A stretch of 64,000 nt of DNA from Candidatus Multivoradales bacterium (GTDB taxonomy: Bacteria; Acidobacteriota; Thermoanaerobaculia; Multivoradales; JAHEKO01). Made by a program: the position numbers and the translations under genes. Location of the stretch: NCBI GenBank assembly GCA_965223155.1, contig CBDCVR010000014.1, positions 832,001 to 896,000 of the forward strand, written 5' to 3'. Shown one piece after another: positions 10,694 to 20,383 of this stretch (within the stretch, counting starts at the first letter, position 1; every line of letters starts with the position of its first letter). The notes beneath the pieces were generated by a model that worked only from the letters and a program-made list of their open reading frames with translations, was not told the origin of the DNA and did no database searches.

Positions 10694-11548
10694 TTGATTA
10701 CCGCCGTCGTATCCAAGAAGGGCGGGGTCGCCAAGACGACCACCGCCGTCAGCTTAGCCGCCGCCTTGGCCGGCATTGGCAAGCGTGTCTTGCTGGTGGA
10801 CCTGGACAGTCAGGCCTCGGCCTCGCTGTCGCTGGGGGTGCCCAGGTCCGCCCTCTTCCCGTCAATCGCCGACGTCCTGCTGGGCGAGCGCACCGCCGCC
10901 AACTGCGTGCGCTCGACCGCGACCCTGGGCCTCGACCTCTTGACCGCCTCGGTCGATCTCCAGCGGGCCGAGCGCGAGATCGAGACCGGCGTCCGCGATG
11001 CGAGCCGCCTGCGCGAGGTACTGGACCCGATCCGCTCGCGCTACGACTTCGTGCTCCTCGATTGCGCTCCCCACCCGTCGCCGCTGGCAGTCGGTGCTCT
11101 CATCGCCGCCGACACCTACCTGGTTCCGGTCGTGCCGCACTATCTGTCGGTGACCACGGTCGAGCCCTTGCTCATGGCCGCCGCCCGCATCCCCACCGCG
11201 CACGGCGTCCGCCCGCGGCTTCTGGGCATCGTCCTGACCCAGGTCGACTACCGGACTAAACTCGCCCGCACCAACGTCGCGCGCATTCGCGAACGCTTCG
11301 GCCACGACGTCTTCGCGATCGAGATTCGCACCAACGTCCGCCTCGCCGAAGCCCCGGAGATGGGCCGGACGATCTTCGAGTACGACCCGGCCTCGACCGG
11401 CGCCAAGGCGTATCGCCTGCTCGCCGCCGAGCTGCTGCTGCGCGCCCGGGCGTTGGTCGAAGCCCATCCCGCCCCGCCGGTGGACGTCAAGTGGCCACGG
11501 CCGGTCCTGGGAGGGACCGAAGCCGAGCCCGACGACCGCGTCAATTGA
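10694..11548 (+). CDS. ParA/Soj-family ATPase (orphan)
   Basis: Deviant Walker A KGGVAKTT, DLDSQ, LDCAP, NVRLAEAP. Confidence 0.92.
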   Translation: MITAVVSKKGGVAKTTTAVSLAAALAGIGKRVLLVDLDSQASASLSLGVPRSALFPSIADVLLGERTAANCVRSTATLGLDLLTASVDLQRAEREIETGVRDASRLREVLDPIRSRYDFVLLDCAPHPSPLAVGALIAADTYLVPVVPHYLSVTTVEPLLMAAARIPTAHGVRPRLLGIVLTQVDYRTKLARTNVARIRERFGHDVFAIEIRTNVRLAEAPEMGRTIFEYDPASTGAKAYRLLAAELLLRARALVEAHPAPPVDVKWPRPVLGGTEAEPDDRVN

Positions 11549-11628
11549 GGGGTGCCCGCTCTAGACGATTCGGGGCTCGCGGCGGCCGCCGACCGCGTCC
11601 CGCCTCCCGCTTCTAAGAAATCCGCCGG

Positions 11629-12708
11629 CTAGACGATCTTCTCGCGGATCTTGGCCGAGAGGATGTCCATCGCCCACACGGTCACCGCGATCAGGATGAC
11701 CAGGGTTCCCACCTCGCCCCACTGGCCCAGGTCGACCCGCGGCTTCAGGATGTAGCCAATTCCGCCGCCGCCGACGAAGCCGATGATCGTCGACATGCGC
11801 ACGTTGATGTCCCAGCGGTAGATCGTGAAGGACAGAAACGGCGGGATCACCTGCGGCACAACCCCGTAGCGCAAGATCTGAAACGTCGAAGCGCCGGTGG
11901 CGGTGATCGCCTCGACCGGCCCGTTGTCGATGTTCTCGATCTGCTCCGAATAGAGCTTGACCAGGGCCGCCACCGAGTGCACCCAAAGCGCCAGCACACC
12001 CGCAAAAGGTCCGATCCCCACCCAGGAGATGAAAATCAGCGCCCAGACCAGAGGCTCGACCGCGCGGGTCAGGTTCATCACCGTGCGGGCGGCAGTGTAG
12101 GCCGTTCGCGACCAGAACGAGGTTCGGGTCAGGTTCCTGGCGGCGACGAAGGACAGGGCGAAGGCGACCGGAATCGCGAAGATCGTCGCCATGAACGCCA
12201 AGAAGATCGTCTGGACCAGCAGCACCAGTCCCTGATGCAGCACCGCCGAGGACGGGTTCAAGAGCCCCCGGACGATGTCCTGGGCCTTGTCGAACTGGGT
12301 CAAGAACTGAACCAGCTGGACCTCGGTGATGAGCCAGCCGGTGAAAAACGTGATCTCGGCCAGCAGCAAGCCGAACCAGCCCCGTAGCGTCCGCGTCCAC
12401 GGCAGTCCCTCGGCGCCGGCAGCGGCGCCGTACACCATGGCGTTGCCGACCGACTGCGTCACGGGATGCCGGGCGCGGCCCCAGACCAGGGCCACGATCA
12501 TCGCCGCGAGCGCCGCCCAGCCGTAGTGCAAGAGGTCCAGGATCTCCTCGGCCAGGAGCAGAAATCCGGTCGGGCTCCTCCGCCCCGAAAAGGCGATCAT
12601 CAGAAACTCGACCATCAGGATGCCCAGCCAGAGCAGGACGGCGTCGATCAGAAACGCCTGCGCCCTGGCCAGAACGACCTTGGCCGTCGATGGCTTGTCG
12701 CCGGTCAT
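11629..12708 (-). CDS. phnE: Phosphonate/phosphate-ester ABC permease PhnE-like
   Basis: KLYSEQIENIDNGPVEAITATGA, YRWDINVRMSTIIGFVGGGGIG. True start ATG 12708 overlaps the phnC stop. Confidence 0.92.
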   Translation of the reverse strand: MTGDKPSTAKVVLARAQAFLIDAVLLWLGILMVEFLMIAFSGRRSPTGFLLLAEEILDLLHYGWAALAAMIVALVWGRARHPVTQSVGNAMVYGAAAGAEGLPWTRTLRGWFGLLLAEITFFTGWLITEVQLVQFLTQFDKAQDIVRGLLNPSSAVLHQGLVLLVQTIFLAFMATIFAIPVAFALSFVAARNLTRTSFWSRTAYTAARTVMNLTRAVEPLVWALIFISWVGIGPFAGVLALWVHSVAALVKLYSEQIENIDNGPVEAITATGASTFQILRYGVVPQVIPPFLSFTIYRWDINVRMSTIIGFVGGGGIGYILKPRVDLGQWGEVGTLVILIAVTVWAMDILSAKIREKIV

Positions 12709-13523
12709 GACTCCCCGCCTTCGCCGGAGCCGAGCCCGGAGGCGGCTTCGGCATCTTCGCCGTAGATGTCTTTGAAGGTCTGGGCGTTGAACCCCTCGGG
12801 ACCGCCCTCGTAGACCAGCCGGCCGTCCCGGAGCGCGATCAGCCGGGTGGCGTAGCGCTTGATGAGATCCACGTCGTGGAGCGTGCAGATCACGGTCAGC
12901 CCTTCGTCCCGGTTGAGCGACTCCAGATGCCGCATGACCGAATGCCTGAGCGCCGGGTCGAGCGAGGCCACAGGCTCGTCGGCCAGAAACACCTTGGGGT
13001 CCTGCATGAGAGCGCGGGCGACGGCCACGCGCTGTTGCTGGCCGCCGGACAGCGCGTCGGCGCGGCTGGCGCCGCGGTCGCCCAGACCGACCCGGTCCAA
13101 ACACGCCTGGGCTCGAGCCCGGTCCTCGTCCGAGTACCGGATGAGGAGGCTCCGCGCCAGCGACGTCCGGCCCAGGCCGCCGGAGAGCACGTTGGTCATC
13201 ACCGTGTGGCGCTTCACCAGGTTGAACTGCTGAAAGATCATGCCAATCTGAGCCCGGAGCCGCCGGAGCTCCGCCCCCTTGGCGCCGGTGATCTCCTCGC
13301 CGAAAAGCCAGACCCGGCCCTCGGACGGATCGTGCAGCCGGTTGATGCAACGCAGCAGGGTCGACTTGCCCGAGCCCGAAAGCCCGATCACCACCAGAAA
13401 CTCGCCGCGCTCGACTTCGACGCTCACCCCGTCGAGCGCCTGCACGCCGCCCGGGAAGACCTTGCTGACGTTCTCGACCTTGATCGCGAGATGTCCGTTG
13501 GAGCTGGATCCCGCCATCGTCAC
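12705..13523 (-). CDS. phnC: Phosphonate ABC ATP-binding protein PhnC-like
   Basis: GLSGSGKST, IFQQFNLV, LSGGQQQRV, ADEPVASLDP. Confidence 0.93.
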   Translation of the reverse strand: MTMAGSSSNGHLAIKVENVSKVFPGGVQALDGVSVEVERGEFLVVIGLSGSGKSTLLRCINRLHDPSEGRVWLFGEEITGAKGAELRRLRAQIGMIFQQFNLVKRHTVMTNVLSGGLGRTSLARSLLIRYSDEDRARAQACLDRVGLGDRGASRADALSGGQQQRVAVARALMQDPKVFLADEPVASLDPALRHSVMRHLESLNRDEGLTVICTLHDVDLIKRYATRLIALRDGRLVYEGGPEGFNAQTFKDIYGEDAEAASGLGSGEGGES

Positions 13524-14902
13524 GAGCCCTGCTTCTGCCGTTCCAAGCGTTCCTCGGCCGCTTCGAGCAGGCCCTCGGCGCTGACCTCGGCCGACTCGAG
13601 CGCCCGCCGGAAGCCGTCGAAGGCCGAGTCGTCGATCGGCGCCGCGCCCACCGCAGTCAGCAAGTCGTTGAAGACGTCCTGGCCTTCGGGAGTCGTCAGG
13701 TAGCGCTGGAAGGATTCATTGAACCGCTGCCAGATCTCCTCGGACAGGCCCTTGCGTACCGCGCACAGATCGTTCGGGATGGGGTCGGTGAGGGCGACGA
13801 CCTTGACGTCGCGCAGAAACTGCTGCCGCTCCTCGTCGGTCGCGAACCGGCGCATGATGATGTAGCGAGCATCGCCGACGTACAGGTTCTCCTCGCGCTG
13901 CTTGATCCCGGGCGGCGAGTAGAAGGTCGAGCCCGCCACGGCTTTGCCGTCCCACACCGCCTGGACGACGTTGGGATGACCGCCCGCGTAGTAGACCCGG
14001 CCCAGCGACACCCGGTTCCGGTCGAGCAGCATGCGCGGAAAGATGTGGCCCGAGGTCGAGGTCTCGTCCGAGAAGGCGAAGCTCCGCCCGTTCAGATCCG
14101 CCAGGCGCCGGATGCCGGAGTCGGTCCGGGCCATGACGCAACCCCGGTAGACGGTATCCAGATCCTGCACCGGGCTCTCGGTCTTGTACAGAATTCGGGT
14201 GCGCTCGAGCGTGCCCGGCATGTCGTACTCGAGCTCCTTGCGGCCGTCGCCGATCAGATCCTCCGGCCCCGAAAAAACGTGGGTCGAGGCCGCGGCGGCG
14301 ACCTCGAATGGCTTCTCGACCAGCGCCCGCACCGCGCCCTTGTCGTCCTCGGCCGCGACCTCGGTCCAGCCCGGCGCGTCTCGATCCAGGACCGCGGTGA
14401 CCTTGTCCCGCAGCTCACCCTTGACCGAAGCCGGGATCGCCACCCCGCGGCCGGCCAGATCGGCCAACGAAGCCGGCTCGCCCGGTCCGCTCCGCGTCAC
14501 CAGAATGCCGTCCCGCTCGGCGCTCCGGACCACCTGCAACCGCGCCTCGGCACCGTAGCGGGCATGGGCGATGACGTAGGCAAACGCCGGCATCCAGGCC
14601 ACGTCGGCCTGCTCGGCACCCAGGGCCTGGATCACCGCCGCGTAACTCGTCGGCACCTCGGTCTGGAGCACCAGCCCGGTGTCCTGCCGGATGTAGCGGG
14701 CGAGCTCATCCGCGCGCTCCACCAACGTGCCCTGCTCGACCGAGGGCACGAACAACATGCGCAGCACCTCGTCGCCCTTGGCCTCCAACCGCTGGCGCCG
14801 CTCCAGCCCCCAGACGAAGACGACGAGCGCCGCCAACGCGAGCGTCCAACCGAGTTTCGGCAGGAGCCGTTCGAGCCAGGATGGACCGGAGGGTGTCGTC
14901 AT
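13520..14902 (-). CDS. phnD: PhnD/PtxB-family substrate-binding protein with N-terminal TM anchor and duplicated lobe
   Basis: PTSYAAVIQAL, STSGHIFP, GGHPNVV, DPIPND; about 115 aa longer than usual. Confidence 0.88.
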   Translation of the reverse strand: MTTPSGPSWLERLLPKLGWTLALAALVVFVWGLERRQRLEAKGDEVLRMLFVPSVEQGTLVERADELARYIRQDTGLVLQTEVPTSYAAVIQALGAEQADVAWMPAFAYVIAHARYGAEARLQVVRSAERDGILVTRSGPGEPASLADLAGRGVAIPASVKGELRDKVTAVLDRDAPGWTEVAAEDDKGAVRALVEKPFEVAAAASTHVFSGPEDLIGDGRKELEYDMPGTLERTRILYKTESPVQDLDTVYRGCVMARTDSGIRRLADLNGRSFAFSDETSTSGHIFPRMLLDRNRVSLGRVYYAGGHPNVVQAVWDGKAVAGSTFYSPPGIKQREENLYVGDARYIIMRRFATDEERQQFLRDVKVVALTDPIPNDLCAVRKGLSEEIWQRFNESFQRYLTTPEGQDVFNDLLTAVGAAPIDDSAFDGFRRALESAEVSAEGLLEAAEERLERQKQGS

Positions 14903-14959
14903 CGAGTGCTTCGGTTCGGAAGCCCTACTCTACCTCGCACGGCCGGCCCGGCGCCGCGC

Positions 14960-15874
14960 TCAGAGGCCCGTCGCCGGATCGTCACACCAGGCTCGCGACA
15001 GCGCTTCGACCGCGGCCGCCAGGCCGGTCTCGAATCCGGCTCGGACGCGCGGATCGTCGAGGCCGCGGTAGGCGCGGTCGCCGGCGTCGGGAAGGGTGAC
15101 GTTGTCGGTGACGAAGAAGAGCGCGCCGAGCTCGAGGCCGAGAGCGGCGGCGACGGTCGCCGCGGCCGAGCACTCGTTCTCGACGCCTAGGATGCGGCCG
15201 CCGGCGGCGGCATCGTAGGTGCCGTCGTAGATGTCGGGCCCTTGGCGGTAGCCGGCGTCGGTGGTGTAGACGGCGCCCCGGTGAACCGCGCCGGTGGCGG
15301 CTGGAGCTCCGCTCGACGCCGGCTTCGACGCGGTCGTCCAGAGGCGTTCGGTCAACTCGGCGGCGCAGGCGGCGCCAAGATCTTCGATAGGGGCGGTGGG
15401 GTTCTCCGAGCCAGCGGAGCCAGCAAAGCTCGAACGGCCGGAGCCGGCGGTCTCGGTGGCGACTTGGCCCTCCTCAGAACCGGTCGAACCGGCCGCGTCC
15501 GGGAGGCGGTAGTAGCGGGAGGTGCCTTCGCCCGGGTAGGCCCGCTCGGCGACGATCAAGTCGCCGACGCCGATCTCGGGCATGACGCCGCCACAGGCGC
15601 CGAAGAGAACCACCCGCCGGCCGCCGTTGGCGGCGATCATCTCGAGACCGTTGGCGGCGGCCGGCGAGCCCATGCCGGTGTAGACCAGGGTCGTGGGGCG
15701 GGGCGCACCGGTCAGTTGGTACGCGATGCGGTCGGTGGTGGCGTCGAGGGGGACGCGCTTGCCGCCGTAGCGCCCGACGATCGCCGGCAAATAGGACTCG
15801 CGCCCGAAGGGCAGAAGGAGCACTCGCTCGGCGCAGTCAAAGCCGGGGTTGCTGCTGTGGTGAAACTCGCGCAT
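14960..15874 (-). CDS. Nucleoside phosphorylase (PNP_UDP_1 family)
   Basis: GMGSPAAA..LE, FGACGG, GEGTSRYY, TTDAGYR, VENE, VTD. Confidence 0.82.
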   Translation of the reverse strand: MREFHHSSNPGFDCAERVLLLPFGRESYLPAIVGRYGGKRVPLDATTDRIAYQLTGAPRPTTLVYTGMGSPAAANGLEMIAANGGRRVVLFGACGGVMPEIGVGDLIVAERAYPGEGTSRYYRLPDAAGSTGSEEGQVATETAGSGRSSFAGSAGSENPTAPIEDLGAACAAELTERLWTTASKPASSGAPAATGAVHRGAVYTTDAGYRQGPDIYDGTYDAAAGGRILGVENECSAAATVAAALGLELGALFFVTDNVTLPDAGDRAYRGLDDPRVRAGFETGLAAAVEALSRAWCDDPATGL

Positions 15875-16372
15875 CTCGCTATCTTCAACCGTTGGCTCCT
15901 CGCGCCGGAACCACTGACCGAAGCAAGTGTCTCACCTCGAGCAGACAGTTCCGCCGGACGCCGCTCCCCGACGCCAACGCGACCGCAACCACCAAGGCGG
16001 CGGCACCGGACGCCGTCTACGAAGCGCGACCGCGCAGAGGCATCCCGGAGCGTCGAACCGCGAGTGCTTGTCCGGACTGCTCGGCGCTGGCCGAAGAGCG
16101 CCCTCGGACACCGGACCGCAGACGAGGGCATCCCGGAACGGCTCGACACCACTCCAAGAGCGCCGGGAGACACGGCTGCGCGGGCGAGTGTCGGACCGCT
16201 CACCTCGCATCAGCGCCCCATGCACTCTTCCGAATCAGGCCGGTCGGCCGCCGATCGAAACCCGGACTCGCGAGGACCGTAAGAGAGATTGCGGCCTCAG
16301 GCCCTTGTCCCGCCGCGGTACCCGCGGCGCCAGACGGTGCCAGGCCGCCCACCCCACAGAGAAGGAGCTCTC

Positions 16373-18229
16373 ATGTCTCGAACCCAGATCGTCTCGTCCC
16401 TCGCGATCGCCGCCCTGGCCGCGACCACTTTCCTCCCCGCGCCCATCCTCGCCGACAGCCATGAAGAGAGGCTTTCGGACGAGGTCCTCGCCGCCGTCGA
16501 AGCCGCCAAGCTGGCCCAGCTCCTCGAGGACTACTTCGAGGAGACGCTCCAGCGGAATCCGATCCAGGCCACCGCGGTCGGGGATCCCCGCTACAACGAC
16601 CAGGTGCCCAACTTCTTGTCCGAAGAGAGGCAGGAAGAGGACTTGCGCCACGAGCAGCGCTGGCTCGAACAGGTACGGAAGATCGACCGGGAGCGGCTCT
16701 CGGGCCAGGACCGGCTGAGCTACGACATTTTCGTCTACGAGCGTGAGATGGCAATCGAGGCCTCGCGCTTCCCCTTCCACCTGCTCCCCATCAACCAAAT
16801 GTTCTCGATCCCGTCGTTCTTCGCCCAGCTCGGCTCGGGCGGCAGCATCCAGCCATTCCGGACCGAGAAGGATTACCGGGACTGGCTGGGCCGGGTCGAA
16901 CGGTTGGCGCCGTTGGTCGATCAGGCGATCGCCAACATGAAGCGAGGCATCGAGCTGGGCGTCGTCCAGCCGCGCGCGCTCATGGAGAAGGTGCCGCCGC
17001 AGATCGCCGCCCATCTGGTCGAGAACGTCGAGGACAGCATCTTCCTGAAGCCGCTCGAGAGCTTCCCCGAGGACATGGCCGAGGTGACGCGTGAGGAGCT
17101 GACCGCCGCCTACCGGACGGCGGTGGTCGAGACCATCATTCCGGCCTACCGCAAGCTCCACGACTACATGATCGAGGAGTACATCCCCAACGGTCGCGAG
17201 ACCACGGCGATCGCCGACCTGCCGGACGGCGAGGCCTGGTACGCCTACCAGGTCAAGAACATGACGACGACCGACATGCAGCCCGACGAGATCCACGGAT
17301 TCGGCCTCGAAGAGGTCGCCCGGATTCACGCCGAGATGCGCGGCGTCATGGACGAAGTCGGCTTCGAAGGCGAGCTCCCGGACTTCTTCGAATACTTGGA
17401 GAACGAGGATCGCTTCTACTACACCGACGCCGACGAGCTGATCCAGGGCTACCAGGACTTGCAAGAACGGGTGAACGCCGCCTTGCCCAAGATGTTCGAC
17501 ATCTTTCCCAAGGCCGATTACGAGGTCGTGCCGGTGCCCGACTTCATGGCCGAGTCCTCGCCGGGCGCCTTCTACCAGCCCGGAACTCCGGACGGCAGCC
17601 GCCCGGGCCGTTTCTACGCCAACACGTTCAACCTCAAGGCCCAGGCCAAGTTCGGCATGATGACGCTCTCGATTCATGAGGCCTCGCCCGGCCATCACTT
17701 TCAGATCTCGATCGCCCAGGAGATCGAGGACCTGCCGCGTTTCCGGCGCTTCGGCGGCCAGACCGCCTTCTTCGAGGGCTGGGCGCTCTACGCCGAGTCG
17801 CTGGGCAAGGAGTTGGGGCTCCTGGACGATCCCTACGACTACTACGGCCGGTTGAGCGACGAGCTCCTGCGGGCCATGCGCCTGGTGGTCGACACCGGGC
17901 TCCACGCCAAGGGCTGGAGCCGGGAGCAGGCGATCGACTACATGCTCGAGAACTCCTCGATGGCCGAGTCGGACGTCGTCGCCGAGGTCGAGCGCTACAT
18001 CGTCTTCGCCGGCCAGGCCCTGGCCTACAAGGTGGGTCAGCGGGTGATCTCGGGCCTGCGCGCCGAGGCCGAGTCCGAGCTTGGCGACGCCTTCGACATC
18101 AAGGCGTTCCACCGCGCGGTCCTGGAGGACGGCGCGCTACCGATGCGCGTGCTCCAGACCAAGATCCGCGAGTGGATCGCCGAGCGCAAAGACGTCGAGG
18201 TCGAAGGCGCCTCGGCGGTCAAGGGCTAG
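16373..18229 (+). CDS. DUF885 family secreted protein (putative metallopeptidase)
   Basis: Signal peptide, HEASPGHHFQ, EGWALYAE, RAMRLVVDTGLH, GQALAYKVG; RBS AAGGAG. Confidence 0.95.
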   Translation: MSRTQIVSSLAIAALAATTFLPAPILADSHEERLSDEVLAAVEAAKLAQLLEDYFEETLQRNPIQATAVGDPRYNDQVPNFLSEERQEEDLRHEQRWLEQVRKIDRERLSGQDRLSYDIFVYEREMAIEASRFPFHLLPINQMFSIPSFFAQLGSGGSIQPFRTEKDYRDWLGRVERLAPLVDQAIANMKRGIELGVVQPRALMEKVPPQIAAHLVENVEDSIFLKPLESFPEDMAEVTREELTAAYRTAVVETIIPAYRKLHDYMIEEYIPNGRETTAIADLPDGEAWYAYQVKNMTTTDMQPDEIHGFGLEEVARIHAEMRGVMDEVGFEGELPDFFEYLENEDRFYYTDADELIQGYQDLQERVNAALPKMFDIFPKADYEVVPVPDFMAESSPGAFYQPGTPDGSRPGRFYANTFNLKAQAKFGMMTLSIHEASPGHHFQISIAQEIEDLPRFRRFGGQTAFFEGWALYAESLGKELGLLDDPYDYYGRLSDELLRAMRLVVDTGLHAKGWSREQAIDYMLENSSMAESDVVAEVERYIVFAGQALAYKVGQRVISGLRAEAESELGDAFDIKAFHRAVLEDGALPMRVLQTKIREWIAERKDVEVEGASAVKG

Positions 18230-18503
18230 CAGCCCGTGGTGGAAGTCACGATGGTCGCGCGACAAGGGCTCGTGGTGGAGTGTCGAGACACGAGGAGAAG
18301 GCGATGCGGCTGCGGCGCAAATGGCGAGCGGCGGCCAAGTGCGACGTAACCCCTTGCCGCCCTTTGGGTTGCAGGCAACGCAGGGTGCGCTGCGGCGTTG
18401 CCGCGCCTCGACGATGCCACCGCATCGCCTACGTCGCGCCGCCTTGCATCACACACCACGGCGGCTGCAGCCCGACCGTCTGACTTCCACCACGGGCTGC
18501 TAG
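18226..18503. mobile_element. MITE-like non-autonomous element with 19-bp TIRs, flanked by CTAG
   Basis: CTAGCAGCCCGTGGTGGAAGTCA (18226-18248) is the exact reverse complement of TGACTTCCACCACGGGCTGCTAG (18481-18503); no transposase inside. Confidence 0.8.
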
Positions 18504-18558
18504 GGCTCTTCGCCTCTGGACGCCTCCGGGCGGGCTGCTAGACTCGCCCGCCCTAGAG

Positions 18559-19590
18559 GTGTCCGAGGTGACGGTTTCCGAGATCAATTCGACCCGATTG
18601 CTGGATCTCCGGCGCGAAGAGCGCGAGGAGCGGGAACGGGCTCAGCTCGCGCCGGCGGCGACCCTGGCAGCCGAGAGCCGCGGCCGCGAGACGGCCGAAG
18701 AGCCCGACGTCTACCGCACCTGCTTCGAGCGCGACCGCGACCGGATCCTCCATTCCAAGGCCTTTCGCCGGCTCAAGCACAAGGCCCAGGTCTTCATCAA
18801 TCCGGAAGGCGATCACGTCGTCACCCGGCTGTCGCATACTCTCCAGGTCACCCAGATCGGGCGCTCGCTGGCAGCGGCCCTGGGACTCAACGAGACCCTG
18901 ACCGAAGCCATATGCCTGGGACACGAGGTCGGGCACGCGCCCTTCGGACACATCGGCGAGGAAGCGCTGTCGCCGTACGTGGAGGGCGAGTGGCTGCACG
19001 CCGCCCAGGGCGTACGGGTCTTCAGCATCCTCGAGCCGTTGAATCTGAGCTGGGAGGTCCTGGAGGGCATCCGCGCGCACACCTGGAAGGTGGTTCCGGG
19101 GCCCGCCCATCAAGAAGGCATGCTGATCCGCTACGCCGACCGCATTGCCTATCTCGTTCACGACATGCAGGACGCCGTGCGCGCCGGGATCCTGCACTAC
19201 GCCGATCTCCCGCCTGAGAGCGTTGCGGCCTTCGGCGAGCCCGGCCGCGAGTGGGTCTCGACCATGATCCGGGCCGTGCTCGAGGAATCGGTGCGCCAGG
19301 GCGAGGTCACGATGGAGCCGGAAGTCCTGGCCGCCATGGACGGGTTCCGGAAGTTCATGTTCGAGAACGTCTACCTGCGTCCCGAGTCGCAGCGCCAGGC
19401 CGCCAAAGCCATCCGCATCCTGCGCGACTTGGTGGACTACTATCTCGAGCACCCGGACGAGATGCCCGAGAGTTACCGGATCGAAGGTGAGTCGCTGGTC
19501 AACCAGGTCCTGGACGTCGTCGCCGGAATGACCGACCGCTACGCCCTGCGCGTCCACGACCAGCTCTTCCGGCCCGAGCGCACGGTCTAG
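18559..19590 (+). CDS. dgt: Deoxyguanosinetriphosphate triphosphohydrolase (HD family)
   Basis: FERDRDRILHSKAFRRLKHKAQVF, TRLSHTLQV, GHAPFGHIGE, ADRIAY, AGMTDRYA. Confidence 0.92.
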   Translation: MSEVTVSEINSTRLLDLRREEREERERAQLAPAATLAAESRGRETAEEPDVYRTCFERDRDRILHSKAFRRLKHKAQVFINPEGDHVVTRLSHTLQVTQIGRSLAAALGLNETLTEAICLGHEVGHAPFGHIGEEALSPYVEGEWLHAAQGVRVFSILEPLNLSWEVLEGIRAHTWKVVPGPAHQEGMLIRYADRIAYLVHDMQDAVRAGILHYADLPPESVAAFGEPGREWVSTMIRAVLEESVRQGEVTMEPEVLAAMDGFRKFMFENVYLRPESQRQAAKAIRILRDLVDYYLEHPDEMPESYRIEGESLVNQVLDVVAGMTDRYALRVHDQLFRPERTV

Positions 19591-19735
19591 GCCCCGGCCA
19601 CGAGGGCGGCCGGTTTCTAGGAAGCCGGGCCCTTTCATTCGCTCGGAACCAGTGCAAGAGCAAGGCCCGGCCTTTCGCAACCAGCCGCATCCGCGAGAGA
19701 CTTGGGGCGCGTCCGGCTCAGGAGGGAGGCGACTC

Positions 19736-20320
19736 ATGCTGCAAGTTCTCATCCGGCACTTCATCCGCGGTCTGCTGATCGTCGTGCCGATCGCGGTCAC
19801 GGTCTACGTGGTGTGGGCGGTGGTCTCGTTTCTGGACGGCTGGCTCAATCTCGAATCGATCCTGGGGCGGCGCTTGGTTCCGGGAGTGGGGCTCATCCTG
19901 ACGGTCGCTCTCGTCACCCTGGTCGGTGTTCTGGGACGGGTCATCGGGCTGCGCTGGCTGCTCCACCGCGCCGACGAGCTCTTCGCGCGGTTGCCGCTCA
20001 TCAAGATCCTCTATACCTCGATCCGGGATCTCACCGGCGCTCTAGTAGGCGAGCGCAAGCGTTTCGACCGGCCGGTGGCGATCGCGCCCGCGGCCGGCTC
20101 CGACCTCCTCGTCCTCGGCTTCATGACCCGCGACGACCTGGACGAGATCGGCCTGCCCGGACTGGCCTCGGTGTATGTGCCCCAGTCCTACAACTTCGCC
20201 GGCAACCTGGTGCTGGTGCCGAAGGACCGGGTCCGTCCCCTCGAAATCGACAGCACCCGCGCGATGAAGCTCATCGTCTCGGGCGGCGTCACCGGCCAGG
20301 AGCCCGCATCGACTCGATGA
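19736..20320 (+). CDS. DUF502 membrane protein
   Basis: GLLIVVPIAVT, RLPLIKILYTSIRD, VYVPQSYNFAG, IVSGG. Confidence 0.92.
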   Translation: MLQVLIRHFIRGLLIVVPIAVTVYVVWAVVSFLDGWLNLESILGRRLVPGVGLILTVALVTLVGVLGRVIGLRWLLHRADELFARLPLIKILYTSIRDLTGALVGERKRFDRPVAIAPAAGSDLLVLGFMTRDDLDEIGLPGLASVYVPQSYNFAGNLVLVPKDRVRPLEIDSTRAMKLIVSGGVTGQEPASTR

Positions 20321-20383
20321 AGGCCCGCTAACAGCTCGTCGGGGCCCGTTGGGGCCCGAAAGTAGCCGACCGAGTGGCCGGCT

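Noticed and set aside
10694-11548. Plasmid or prophage partition system
   Set aside because: No parB, parS, rep or phage genes nearby; treated as an orphan ParA
12709-13350. 573-aa version of the PhnE permease
   Set aside because: The extension overlaps phnC in another frame; ATG 12708 gives normal translational coupling
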